A stretch of DNA of 64,000 nucleotides, taken from Bugula neritina. Taxonomy: Eukaryota; Animalia; Bryozoa. Every line of letters starts with the position of its first letter. Position 1 is the stretch's first letter. The DNA lies in the NCBI GenBank assembly GCA_964035545.1, contig OZ037768.1:4372741-4436740 (forward strand), given 5' to 3'. Both the position numbers and the translations under genes were made by a program. Positions 27,901 to 41,359 of this stretch are shown piece after piece. The notes beneath the pieces are model-generated. The model did not search any database. It was not told where the DNA came from and worked only from the letters and a program-made list of their open reading frames with translations.

Positions 27901-30900
27901 TTTAAAAATTATACTCATTATTACCAAAGTGATTATAGTCAACAATTGCAATACATCGCACCCAATTAAATAAGTCTTAGCTTTCACATCTTTTACTTAA
28001 GGTTAACATGTTTTGGAGTTTAACAAAATCTCAGACCAGATATGCATGTTGCCGTACTAACTCTTACACATGTTACCATATGCTAACCTTGCTAACATAT
28101 ATCAACTCTTACCCTTGCTAGCACATCAAACTTCCCATAGATCTCATTTAACATGGTAACCAGTTCCTTCGCTGTACATTTTGTTGTCAGTTGAGTGAAG
28201 TTGACCAAGTCAGCAAATAAGATACTAAAAAACATTCCATTAACAGCATGTTATTATATGCAACAGATTGAAGCAGCTAAGTTATTCAAATTTTATTCGC
28301 ACAACTGAAACTTTATTTCCCAGCTTCCAAACCCATTTAAAATTGACCACAGCTTAACGTCTAAGTTCATAAGATTAACTATAAGTCATGATTAATGTTG
28401 TGAGCTGAAAGTAATTATTATAAAAATTATTTTGGAGCTTATAAATATTAAAAAGGCCTATGTCGTAATTCACATATATCTAGAATATATATCACAGTGG
28501 CAGGTTAACTGGCCATCAGTATTACTTATATGTTAAGTTAGCATATTTATTAGCTCATAGTTATTAGCCTACAGATAGAAGGTGCCAAAGAGCCGTTTTC
28601 TGAGTTAATAACAATTAGTTGCTACTTCCGGTGATAATTATTTTTGACAGACACAAAATAAGGACCATGAACATATTAATGATGAGCAAAGACCAATAAA
28701 CTAATAGAAAAGAATAGTAAAAGGTGTAGCAGAAGTAAAGAACAATTAGATGTCTAACTAAAATTCCTCAAACGTATTAAGCCGTCTTAGCAATATTACT
28801 GGTCTGTAGTAAGTGCTTCAGTTTTTCCTTCTCTACATAGCTTAAGCTTGATTAGTAATTTGAACAAGTCTTGTAAACTATTTTTCAGTAGCTAGCTCAT
28901 ACCAAACATACGATTGCATAAAGTTGTGTTGAAATCCTTTTTTAGATCTAGACAAGCATATGATTGCTATAGATGAGATGCTTATCAAAAAATGTAATGA
29001 TATTGTAGGCTGTATAGCGACTTTTTTTAAATTATACTATAACTATAAATACAAATCAAGTTCCCAGCTGGTAATATTTTATTAACTTTGTAGCAGACGT
29101 GGTCACACATTGAGCTCTTACCTAACTTGCTTGTGTTCTCTGATATAGAACTCGTGCCAGAGTTGTTTGGTAGAGAGTTCATTGTTTGAATCTGAGTTAG
29201 TTGATACACTTAGCTTGTCCAGCATAGACTGTCTCATCTGATATGCTAAGTCAGCAGGTATTATGCTCAGCAGTAGCTGTTCCTACAGAGTTCAAAGAGA
29301 ACATTAAATAAACCACATAGAAGAAGCCTATGCAATCCATACCATAGTAAACCATTTCATGAAAAGGAGTATTATGCGTTATACAATAAAATTATTTATA
29401 TAATCGTCATTTTAGGGTGGTCCAGGAGTTAGAGCTTTTGCCTAGTAAACAGAACTCCACGGTTCGAGCCTACAAAGGCCATTAGTGATGTTAGGAAGAG
29501 TCATAATTGCTCCTGTGCCCCATCTGAATAAATCCTTAGTTCGATTTAACAAAAAACTCTTTCCATCGGGGGTTTCTCACAGGGATGGCGACTATGAACT
29601 TTCGTGAGTTTTATATAATCTTCATTTTAAACATAATGTATGCATGACAATTCATTATATTTATGAAGATTATAACTTCATACTGGCAAGAGGTTTAATT
29701 CATTAGAAAAGATGATTAAGGTAACTCTGTTCTTAAGAAATCATTGAAACTTGTGATTGGTAGGCCGGCACACATACATATGTTGTTTCTTATTATGGGA
29801 AGTTTCATGAGATTTGGTGAAACAGATATATCTAACCAGTAACCACCCACCAATTATGTCTCACCTCCCAACAATTATGTCTACCCAATCAATGCCAGTC
29901 ATGTCTCACCTCCCAACAATCATGTCTCACCTAGCTCTCACCAATCCTGTCTCACCTCCCAACAATCATGTCTATACTCACCCACCAATCATTTCTCATC
30001 TCTCACCAATCACCACCATGGTTCCCCTCCCACTACCTGTAATAACTTTCCTCTACCATTAATGACTGTAATCAGATCTTCTCTCCCACCAACTGTATAA
30101 TCACTTTCCAACACGTCTAAGTTTGTCTAGACTACTTAGTAATAGAAGGAAAAGGAAGTAAGTTTCTAACCTGACATTGTCTTTCTTCCTCTAGCACAAT
30201 TCGTGCTTTCAAGTCTTCATAAGTTTGAACAAACGTTTGGTGATGAAATCTATCAGTGATACACTTAATATAAGCACCAAATACGTTTGCTGCCAGGAGA
30301 CAGCACAGCTCATTAATAATCTACAAAATGTAACGTATGCATGAACTATTCACCTAATATGATAGCCGGGGTTAGTAGCAAAACTTTGCCTGGCACTAGT
30401 TATAGTCACAACAACATATTGCATAAAACAACATATTGCATAAAACAACATGTTGCATAAAACAACATTAGCTATGAAATATTATATCCTTATAAGATCC
30501 CCACAATTTTTCTAGTCACAAAACACATCAATTTTATTTTATTTTATCATCAATCATCAAGTAAAATTTTATGACACTGATATAAATAACATTTTATAGC
30601 AATATGTAGCGCTAATGGAGCAAAGTTCAATTTAAGTGTAAATTCATTACAGATAATTATAATATATTATGGTGTTTAATGACCAAGTTGAAGCTCAAGC
30701 AAATTTGTTAATGTGCAAATTATAAACAAGTTTCGAATTTAAGTTACAGTAATATATAAAGTTAATGATGCCTTAACTGTAAGCATGCGGTTACTTGTGT
30801 AAGGTGAAATTATGGGGAAATTAAGAAAAGCCTGTGTTCTAGATAAAAAACATAGCAGATAAAGTCACCCTCTCATGAAATTTTCAAAGCATATGAAGAC

Positions 30901-32033
30901 TTTTAAAAAACTTAAGCTAATGAAACATCTATATTGCTGCACCTGAATGCATATGCAGCACTTCAGCTGTGTTTATAACTATTACACTCAACTCACAGTG
31001 ACATAATGCTTCAGGTGTATTGGGTGATCTTCGACCTCACGAATATGGCGACACCCCTCAGCTACGACTGTGACACAGCCACCAATCACAGCCCAAAGAA
31101 TGGGAACTGGCAAGACAACATACAGCAAGATAATTATGATGGCTAGTACAACTGTCACTGTGAAAGGTGAATCCAGGCTCCCGACTATTATCCAAGCAAA
31201 TGTGACACACCACATGCTAAGTGAAACATATTTAATGCTTTTGTAGAAGGGGTAGTTCATAGATATTACAACTGTGGTCAAAGCACAGCCTATGATAAGC
31301 AGGCATCCAAGGAATAGCTGCACAATAACTATCGTCTACAAAACAAAAGCACAGCTAGCAGTTAGAAAGCATATACAGATAATATTACAGTCATATGACT
31401 AGCTGATCCAACTTTGATTTGACTAGCAGCTATTATACAAGTATATATGTATAGCAGCTACGTAGAATTTATGTTCATTTACTGATATAATTGCTATATT
31501 AATTCTTTATCTTTAACCCATACTAAAATTACTATCTTTACTTTACCTATAATTTGCATTTATCTTGTCTACACTAAATTTAACTAATCTTCACTGCACT
31601 TACATTACTTACAGTAGATTTGCCAATTGTCTTGTTCTCAAGGTTAGTACACAATTGCAGTTTATTTAAATAGCATTAGATCTAGCAACACAGAAGTAGT
31701 CCGTAAGCCAAAAAAGGCACCCCATTCTCAACCCAAATATCCAACCAAAGTCATCAACTAAGGTTCAGTAAAAATCTACAACATCAACAGCTTCTCCCTA
31801 ATCTAGCAGAAGGAAATTGAGCTGGATACCTTTAGAGGCTTTTGCTTAAACCAGACTATGAGTACAACGAAGGCCATGGTTAGACACATGGTGAGGACCG
31901 TAACAACTAGCAATGGGATCCTCTTCCTCATAGCAAGGTAGCGTTCACTCAGTACATCAATCTTTGCTGTGATTTCTTCTTCTTTCTTCAAATATAAACT
32001 ACAGCTGTTATCACATCTAGAAGACGAAGGCAT
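15993..32033 (-). CDS. Transmembrane adenylyl cyclase (class III, ADCY2-like), about 20 exons; start codon tentative
   Basis: M1 hydrophobic exons (32033-30170); EQLLLSIIP coiled coil (29282); C1a ILFADLVNF (28220), TLGDCY (26180), MRIGIHSG...WKYDIWS (25200); WGAPKPF (23890); M2 exons; NILPQHVA (18770); C2a [52 protein letters not shown]; stop TGA at 15993. Both metal-binding Asp, the adenine-specifying Lys/Asp and the catalytic Asn/Arg are present. Confidence 0.92.
24325..24402 (+). mobile_element. tRNA-derived SINE head / tRNA-like remnant in an adenylyl cyclase intron
   Basis: A-box-like TGGTGAAATGG, anticodon-arm-like CTTGCAAG and B-box-like GAGTTCAAATC; acceptor stem poorly paired. Resembles the heads at 43575-43848. 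Confidence 0.6.
27001..27100. repeat. Minisatellite, 13-bp unit ACTGCTGACTCAT
   Basis: About 5 tandem copies plus two extended variants. Confidence 0.85.
29415..29609 (+). mobile_element. tRNA-derived SINE, copy 1, with ~20-bp target-site duplication
   Basis: A/B boxes (TGGTCCAGGAG, GGTTCGAGCC). Body is similar to the reverse complement of 44297-44517. Flanking direct repeats TTTATATAATCGTCATTTTA (29395-29414) and TTTATATAATCTTCATTTTA (29610-29629). Confidence 0.85.
29835..30060. repeat. Degenerate minisatellite, ~21-bp unit CAATCATGTCTCACCTCCCAA
   Basis: Repeated ATGTCTCACCTCCCAACAAT; accounts for ORF 29814..30062. Confidence 0.75.
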
Positions 32034-34534
32034 TGCAGCTAATTGATTGTATATAAAACGAAATAAAAACCTTGAACATATAGTATGACTCCCATGGATT
32101 TGATCCATTTGGCAATGCTTCTAGCTATCTTATAAGTACGAAAAACTAGGATGAATCTAGTAACATCAGAAAGTAGCCGATATATTAATAACATCAATGG
32201 CACTTTGCCACAATTCCTTGCCATAGTTGAGTTTTTAATACACTATTGTGAGCATAGAGTATACATCACTCAGTACCAAGCAGTGATAGCTCAATGCTTT
32301 GACACTTGGAAAACATGAATGTGTAAGGTTAGAGCATTATTGCATTTTTCCATACAACAGTAGCTTAGGGAATATTTTATCAGTTTAGGTGAAAAAGTGG
32401 ACACACAGAAAACCTAACTGGTCGAATTGAGTTAAGTTGTTTTTATGACTGTACATGTAATGACTGTCATACAAATAGATGTATCGATGTACTGCATAGG
32501 CCTATATAAACACAAGTTACAACTGTCTCCTAGCTAGAGACTGGTTGTGACACAAATTATGTGCTAGCCTACATAAATATCAACTGTCATATTTCTGTTT
32601 TTACTATTAAATTTTTTGCTGTAATAAATTTTAAATGTACATAATATATGTGCTAAATGTAGAAACATGTAGGCTTGTTTCCTCTAAATAATAGTACTGC
32701 ATAGATGGTATTATAGAGTAGCAGCTATTAAGGTTGAGTAAGAGATAAAAATCAACACCAGTGATTACTAATATTACATAAAAAACATTCCTAATGGCTC
32801 AAATTTAATCCTGCTTACGAGTATTTCTGTCAAATTAGAATAAATTAATTTTGCCTTCAAACCGTTGCTTAATTGAGCTTGCCGTAATGCAATACTCTAC
32901 AATTACAGTAACCTGACGTTTGTAGACAGTAGAAGTTATAACATTGTTCATTGAAAATGCTACTTTTCAACGTATGATCATCTTTCGAGGTTGCTGCTAT
33001 ATTGCCTTCCCTTAGCAAAAGGTAGCAAAGCTACCCAGCAAATTTGGTGCTACAGTGTGTTACATCTTAGACGCTGCTTTGTAATCATAACAATATAGTT
33101 CTATAGAATTTTAGATAGAATTACTCTAGCTGTACTGCAGCGTAGAGTAGATACGGCGAAGAAGCCTAATTTATTACATAAAACTAGTTGAACTATTTTA
33201 AAATAAAGTATTTAACCCTAAACTTTACCTTCTTAAGAAACTTAGCCTCTTCTCCAGTTACTTCTGACTGGGACACAAATGACTCGGCAAAGCTCATCTC
33301 TCCCTCCTTTCCTTGGAACTATACTACCACAATTTATTGTGCTTTACACATGCCATAGAGTAGCTGCTGTAAAAACATATCTACAGATAATCTTTTGTGC
33401 TAAGATTATCTAACTATTAAACACTTTTACCACCTATAAGGGTATTTTCAGGAGTTAGTATAATGCATATCATAACAGTTCACAATAAGATCATATTTCT
33501 GGTACTTACAACTTTTCCCTCCTGTTCAGTTCTTTAAATAAAGACCATATAAGTTGCCATTTAATATCTTCTGCAAGACTCTAGACAGGCTTTATATCAT
33601 ATATGGTAAGGTAGATCTTCGAAACTGTAGGATGTTAGTTGTGTTATACTAAAAGGTTGATAAAGTATACTAAATTATACCAATAATTCTAACAGCTCTT
33701 TTCAATGTTATTGTCATTCTAGTAGATTTATGTTTTACCAAACTTGCAATATTTCCCAACTTTCACCAGTTGCACCCTGCAGTATATATCTACAGCGTAT
33801 GAGTCACAGTCCTTACAGTTCAAACGTTCAACAAGATATGACCAAAACTACAGCTGCTATGATTTTATCAATCTAATACACATCAACAAGCTCTGTGTTC
33901 ATTGAAGTATTGCAAATAGGTTTAATTATTATTGTAGCGGTGTGTATAAGTGTTTAACATATATTATGTTTTTTAGCCAATGAGCGCTATAATCACTCTA
34001 TTAGTTTATGCACCCATGCTTAAGGCCAAGCACATGCAATACATGCACAGCCACCTATGTAGTTTGTCTTTAAAGTCCAAGCTAGTATTGGTATGAGTTA
34101 CTTAGCAGAGTAATATTTATGCTTTATACTATAAAAAACAATGCCTTTAAAAGTGAAAAAAAGCTAACCTATTCACTCACTAAAATCAAAGATTTCAACT
34201 ATCAATAAATTGTATGTGGAAACAAATACTTTTTAAAATGTTATAGAGGCATAAGATTGTGGTCTTGATTAGCCCAATACATATCTTTAATAAATAACTA
34301 GCACAACAACAATATTAGAATACTTATTTACATGTTACCTGCAGGCTGCAACTCACAGCTTTTAGTTTTTGGTGAAGGATTTTATAGGCTATTTAATCAA
34401 TAAAACAGATTGTGAAAACATAGCCACAAGTCTAATAAAAGCCACATAAATTGCGAATATAGCAAATATAATTTATTAAAAAGTGTCTTGGTTTAAGTTA
34501 TTGCATTATTATTAATGCACGACTGATTTTTTAT

Positions 34535-34938
<404 letters not shown>

Positions 34939-35880
34939 TATTTGCATCTTACATCTGAATATGTTGGTATATTTTGTTATTGCAGGCTTCTGACAACCAG
35001 GAGAGAAAATCAATATATTCCCAAATATCCAGTTTCATTGGGACGTACACCTCTGAACACGATTTCACTGGTAGAGATGTTGCTAAGATATTGTACGGTG
35101 AGTAGAGGTCTTAGTTTTTCATCCTAAATAAAGTTATTGGCTGCACACTTAATATTTCAATGCATTAATTCACAATCAGCAGCAGCGGTCAGCTATAGTC
35201 ATGGGCAGCATTTTAAACCACTGCTGCGGGTACAGGCTAAAGACAGTATGTCTCATCAATTAGAGGCTAAAAACAGTTGGCATTTTAAGAGTTGTCTCAT
35301 CAATTATAAGTATATAATTTCCAGAACCTAAAGCTGCCCAATTATATAGTGTACTAATAGCCCTCAACTGCCATATCATAAAGTTTTATATGTAGTAATT
35401 ATCCACTTATCTTATTTTATTGTAATAAAGTATGTAATACTGCTTTGCAGGTATCGCTAGTCCAAATTATCCCCCCAATATATGGGGTAAAGTGCGAAAA
35501 TACTGGAGGTCTCTCATAGGCTGCATTTTCAATATTATAGTTAGTATAGCAAGAGAAGAATTGATCAGATTGTTATGACAACCTCTCTTGACAGAATTAT
35601 TCATGCATACACATAATTATATCAATTTTTTGTACTATTTCTTCTACTTTAATTATCGATATTTTACTTTAATAATTATTGTATGCTTTTATGTGGGTTT
35701 TTATTGCACACTATCATATTGTCAATTGTCAATAAACAGTAAACATTCACTGTAATTTTCGCAATTTCTGCATTTTATTAGCAAAATATACCATAGTTAG
35801 CCTAATATATAATGTATTATACTGTATATGTCTATTATAATTAATATAGTGACTGAAGGAAAATAGATTATAGACACAAT

Positions 35881-38853
35881 TCATTCATCTCTCTCTGAAC
35901 CACAACAGCACATCCTTCGCATAAATCTGGAAAATCTGCTTCTTCGAGAGCTGTTTTGTTCTGCCAACTCAGCTCCATTAGCTCTATTTACAATTTTACC
36001 ATTCTTCTTGCCTTTTACAATTTTCTCGACTTCTGCCATAGAATTATCACCTTCTGCCTGTGCAGTTTCTACTTTCTCTACTGGACTCTTTTCTGGAACT
36101 TCTTTCTTGTTCACATTCTCAATTGCGGTCATGTTAGCTTCTCCAATGCTCTGCTCTGACAAATTTTTCTCTACAATCTCATTACCAATTTCTGCTTTCA
36201 CCATTATTCTTTTGCTTCTTCGAGAGCTGCTTTCTTCTGCCACTCTTTCTCCTACAACAGAAAAGATTGTCAGTGCTGCTTATAGTAATACTTCATACAT
36301 CACAGGTCAAGCATTGTACAAGATATTAATTAATCTTCAGGTGCTAAATAAAGGCAATTGTTTGTATGTTTCTATGTTGAACACTAACTCACCATTATCA
36401 TATACATTAGTATTGATCTCCTCTCCAGCTGCCAACTCGGCTCCATTAGCTCCATTTACCATTCCATCATTCTTCTTGCCTTTTTCAATTTTCTCGACTT
36501 CTGCCATAGCATTATCACCTTCTGCCTGTTCAGTTTCTACTTTCTCTACTGGCCTCTTTTCTAGAACTTCTTTCTTGTTCACATTCTCAATTGCGGCCAT
36601 GTTAGCTTCTCCAATGCTCTGCTCTGACAAATTTTTCTCCACAATCTCATTACAAATTTCTGCCTTCACCATTATTTCTTTGCTTCTTCGAAAGCTGCTC
36701 TCTTCTGCCACTCTTTCTCCTACAACAGAAAGGATTGTCAGTGTTGCTTATAGTAATACTTCATACATCACAGGTCAAGCATTGTACAAGATATTAATTC
36801 ATCTTCAGGTGTTAAATAAAGGCAATTGTTTGTATGTTTCTATGTTGAACACTAACTCACCATTATCATATACATCAGTGTTGATCTCTTCTCCAGCTGC
36901 AAACTCAGCTCCATTATCTCCATTTACTATTCTATCACTTTCCTGAACTTTCCCGACCTCTACCATAGCTTTATCACCTTCTGTCTGTTCAGTCTCTACT
37001 TTATCCACTGGCCTCTTTTCTGGAAGTTCAATCTTGTTCACATTCTCAACTGCTGACATGTTAGCTCCTCCAATGCTCTGCTCCATCAGATTTTTCTCTA
37101 CACTCACATTACCAATTTCTGCTTTCACCATTATTTCTTTGCTTCTTCGAGAGCTGCTCTCTTCTGCCACTCTTTCTCCTACAACAGAAAAGATTGTCAG
37201 TGCTGCTTTTAGTAATACTTTATACAGCACAGGTCAAACATTGTACAAGATATTAATTAATCTTCAGGTGCTAAATAAAGGCAATTGTTTGTATGTTTCT
37301 ATGTTGAACACTAACTCACCATTATCATATACATTAGTATTGATCTCCTCTCCAGCTGCCAACTCAGCTCCATTAGCTCTATTTACCATTCTATCACTTT
37401 CCTGAACTTTCCCAACCTCTACCATAGCTTTATCACCTTCTGCCTGTTCAGTGACTATTTTCTCCACTGGCCTCTTTTCTGAAAGTTCTTTCTTGTTCAC
37501 ATTCTCCACTGCTGCCATGTTAGCTTCTCCAATGCTCTGCTTTATCATTTTTTTCTCCACAATCGTATTACCAATTTCTGCCTTCACCATTATTACTTTG
37601 TCATTCCACTTATCCTCGTCTTTCTCCAATTCACCATGCTTCTTTGAAACTTCACTTTTACCCTTCACTTGTTTAATTTCATCATTGTCTCCCTCCTCAT
37701 ATATCTTTTCATGCTTTCCTTTCTCAACGGCCCCATCATCTAGCTTTGCTTTATTCTCTTTCTCAGCTACTATCTTCTCAACTGCAACTTCAACATCTTT
37801 TTGACCAAGCTTTTTTTTACCCTCTCCATTCTCTTTTACTTTCACTGTTGCTTTTTTTGCGGTGTCTTTCCAATTCATTGATTCACACACTTCGTCCTGA
37901 CTCCCATTTCCCTTATCTGCTCCCTCTCCTGGCTTCATATCGTTCACTCCTTTCTTTCTCACTCGACTAACTTTATCTATCTCATTCTCTTTTCTCTCCT
38001 CAAACCTATGTTCACCCTTTCTTGCTACCTCTGCAGATCCATGACTTGTCCATCTAAAAGTGTTATTTAGACTTAGCTTATGTCTGCTTATATAGCTGAA
38101 GTTGCAATGTTACATGTTTGCTCAGTAACTTTTTTACAGTTAGAACATACAACAATAGCTAGAGATGTAAATGGCTATACATTTGAAACTATCTAAAATA
38201 TTATGTTAATAGATGAAGGTAGGAGCAGCTATAGCTGGCCTATATAGTAGTTATGGTCTATATTGACACATCATGGGGCTCATACCCTATTCATTGGTGA
38301 TGTCAATTAGAAGAGCATCTTGGCACAATTACTCCTGAGCCACAGCAAAAGTCCCCAGACTATGATGCAAACATGGTCTGAGGCTTAACCCTATTAAAAT
38401 CTCTTACATACATGAAGGCTTTGCACAATAAAGGAAACTTTGAAACTTAATAGGATGAGACTCATTGAAATATGTGCTCAATACACTGTAAAAAATACTA
38501 AAAATGCTTCAATAAAACTTCGGAGCTACAATAAAATAATACAAACAATTTGCCCAGCGTTGCCTTCCTAGTAGCTAGTACCATTAACAACTAGTATAAC
38601 ATTTCAACCCAAAGCAGCACTTGTCTATTGGAACTAACCCTAAGTTGTTTCTTTAATAAACATTATTACATAGTCAATAAAACCTATTGAATTAAATTGT
38701 CTCAAAAATAATCAAATCAACTTACGGGTATGCAAAGCTCTCTGCAGCACCCATCTTCTTAATCAAGTAGAAGATGCAAAAAAGCAACAAAAATACGCAT
38801 ATCATTTGTAATAAAGGAATACTGAAAGAATAAATATCTCTTAGATCCTCCAT
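35881..38853 (-). CDS. Uncharacterised ~625-aa protein: N-terminal TM segment, Lys/Glu-rich region, ~4 internal ~107-aa repeats, C-terminal basic+CCC motif
   Basis: Exons 38853-38726, 38053-37320, 37178-36861, 36719-36393 and 36251-35881 join in frame (1878 nt) with GT-AG sites. Starts MEDLRDIYSFSIPLLQMICVFLLLFCIFYLIKK and ends SRRSRFSRFMRRMCCCGSERDE*. Confidence 0.8.
35940..37595. repeat. Tandem duplication of a 459-468-bp exon+intron unit (~3.5 copies)
   Basis: Three nearly identical 141-bp introns (37179-37319, 36720-36860, 36252-36392) separate homologous exons. Confidence 0.95.
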
Positions 38854-39573
38854 TTTGTCTAATTTAAAAAATCTAACAATTATGGCAATAATTTGATTGT
38901 TAAAAGGAATGTATACAAATCATAAAAGAAAATTTAGTGTCTTATTGTTGCAATTAACCTCTACACTTATTTTTGTATATATTAATTACTTTTTGCGATA
39001 CAATAATTTTTGCAATATTTTAGGATATATTTTTGTTTTGTTTTTACCTTAAATATGTTTATTGAGAAGTTGTTTCCTCTAAAAGCTATGTTGCCTAGTG
39101 CTTAACTTTATGCTATTGAAATGCCACGCAAAAATATATGTGCATTACTGCATTTTATTAGAAATGTGCTAAATTTGCTTTAAAAGTCTGAGTATTTATA
39201 AGATATAGGATATGTTATATGAGTATTGATAGAATGATATATCAACAAGATTCTTTTTATTTGAAACTGATGATATTGTAAAAATACGCACCAAAGATTG
39301 TGTTTAGCTTGCAAATGAAAAATATTGGAAATTTATTATACTTAATTGTAATACGACTTTTATGTAAACATGTGATGTGCATAAATTATAGATATGAGAG
39401 TATTATGTGAGATATTTTAATGATGATAAGAAAAAATGGAATGCCTCCTTGGTCATCACTACTTTGCCACACAATTAGTCTCTTAAAGAGTCGCCTGCTC
39501 TTGGCCAGAGTCATTGGATGACCTCACTTGTCTTTGCAACGAGTCCATTTGCGGCTATTCGTCAATTTTCACA

Positions 39574-39726
39574 GAATGGTTCTATAAGCAGCTCCGAGTT
39601 GGTGGTGGATGATTGCAGTAGTTTGGGGGTATAGCGCTTGAAATTGGGGATATAACACTAAACGTCGGACCCCCGAACTAAAAATCGTCCTTCACTACCA
39701 ACTCGGAATTGCTTATAGAACCATTC
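39574..39726. mobile_element. MITE-like element with ~35-bp terminal inverted repeats
   Basis: Left end GAATGGTTCTATAAGCAGCTCCGAGTTGGTGGTG; reverse complement of right end GAATGGTTCTATAAGCAATTCCGAGTTGGTAGTG. No clear TSD. Confidence 0.6.
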
Positions 39727-41359
39727 ACTTTCACTTTGTTATTAAAAAATTATCCTCCTGCTAGACTACTAACTAATATTTCAATTAATCATCACCATTA
39801 TGTATTTGTGCTAAATAATATTTATAAGCATAAAGTTGACTAATACCATCATCACGACATGCAAGCTAAGATTTTTAGCTTAAACTTAAAGTTAAAAGCT
39901 GCTGTTGGTGTCTGAAATACAAAAAACATTCAGCTCTGAAAATGAAAGTCAAACTTATACTTATACTTATAGTTATAGTCAAACTACGCCAATATGAATA
40001 TCAATACGAATATTGTAGAAAATCAATATCATACTAAAACAATATATGTGAATATGAATATCAATATGAATTTCAATATCAATATGACTTTAGGTACATC
40101 AAACTCATCTGGCGAATAAAATTAAATAACTATTCGATATCAATATGAAATATGAATATAAATAATAAAATATCATCAATATCCATATCAAATTCAGTCC
40201 ACTCCATGATGATCATAATCATGGTGATAATTGATCATCATTATTAATGCTGATTAATGGTGATTATTTGCATATTGTTTGGTATTAGTGTGATAATCAT
40301 GATGGTGATGGCGATAAAACTAGAATAAGGAATAGAGAGCTTAGGCTGAGGTCGAATATTGGAATGATGATCATCATCATGATTAGGATACTTATATTGA
40401 TATTCATATTTGATTCAACTAGTGTTAAAGTTATGATTATTATGATGCTAATTGATAAGTATAAGTTTAATTTTTGCTTTACTGATGCTCCACTAATTAT
40501 TTGATTATGCAAAATTTTAGTTTTGCTTAATAGTAATTGTTATGGACTTGATAATTACTACAATTTTTGACCTATTTTAATAACTTGGTACATAAAATTG
40601 GTGAGTTACAGTAGTTATACGTTATCCTATGGTTATTGTTTGCCATAATGCAAGTTTATACCAAATATTAGTAGATGTAGATTGGTGACTGCAACGTGAT
40701 AGTTAGAACATTAATAAATTTAGTAGCCGCATTAGTGATAATACTTAAAGTTGGATAAAAGATTTTCAATATCTTACTCGTAGCAAAGAAGAGATTTTTT
40801 ATCATTCCTAGTCTCTTTAAGTCATGACTTGGATTAATATGTCAATTATAAGTCAAGTAAATGCAGGCAATAGCCTAAATCAATTTTGAATCAATTTGAG
40901 TTAGTTGCAGATCTACGTTGCTAGTTATCCATGCTCTTTTAATTGGTAATGTTTAGCTATATTAATATTTGGTCATATAATTGGTAAAATTTTAAATTAG
41001 AGATACTTTGCTGTTTTTTCAACAGTTAAAAAAATAAGTCAATAGTTTTTGATTATAGCAGTGTTGACTTTAAACTAATATTAATTATAATATAAGCTAT
41101 TTAGTATACTAATAGATATATATGCCAATAGATATACTACTTTTGATGCAAGACACATTTTATTAAACTATTCAATATTTGTTTTTAAAATTTTATTCAG
41201 CACTGAATTTCAATGCAAATACATTTCTTTGCTGTTGACAATAGCTTTTTGTGCCAATTATGTTTGAACTCAAACATTAATCAATTTATCATTATTTACT
41301 ATAATTTATTATTTGTTGTTGATAATCGTTATTATTTCAGAGTCGGAAATCACCTTGCA

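Noticed and set aside
36008-36946. 312-aa plus-strand ORF, the longest in the track
   Set aside because: Antisense shadow of the Glu/Lys-rich repeat gene. It stays open because the duplicated units are multiples of 3 nt; splice signals and protein features support the minus strand.
39089-39100. RFX half-site GTTGCCTAG upstream of the orphan gene
   Set aside because: Only half an X-box; insufficient to infer ciliary or sperm regulation.
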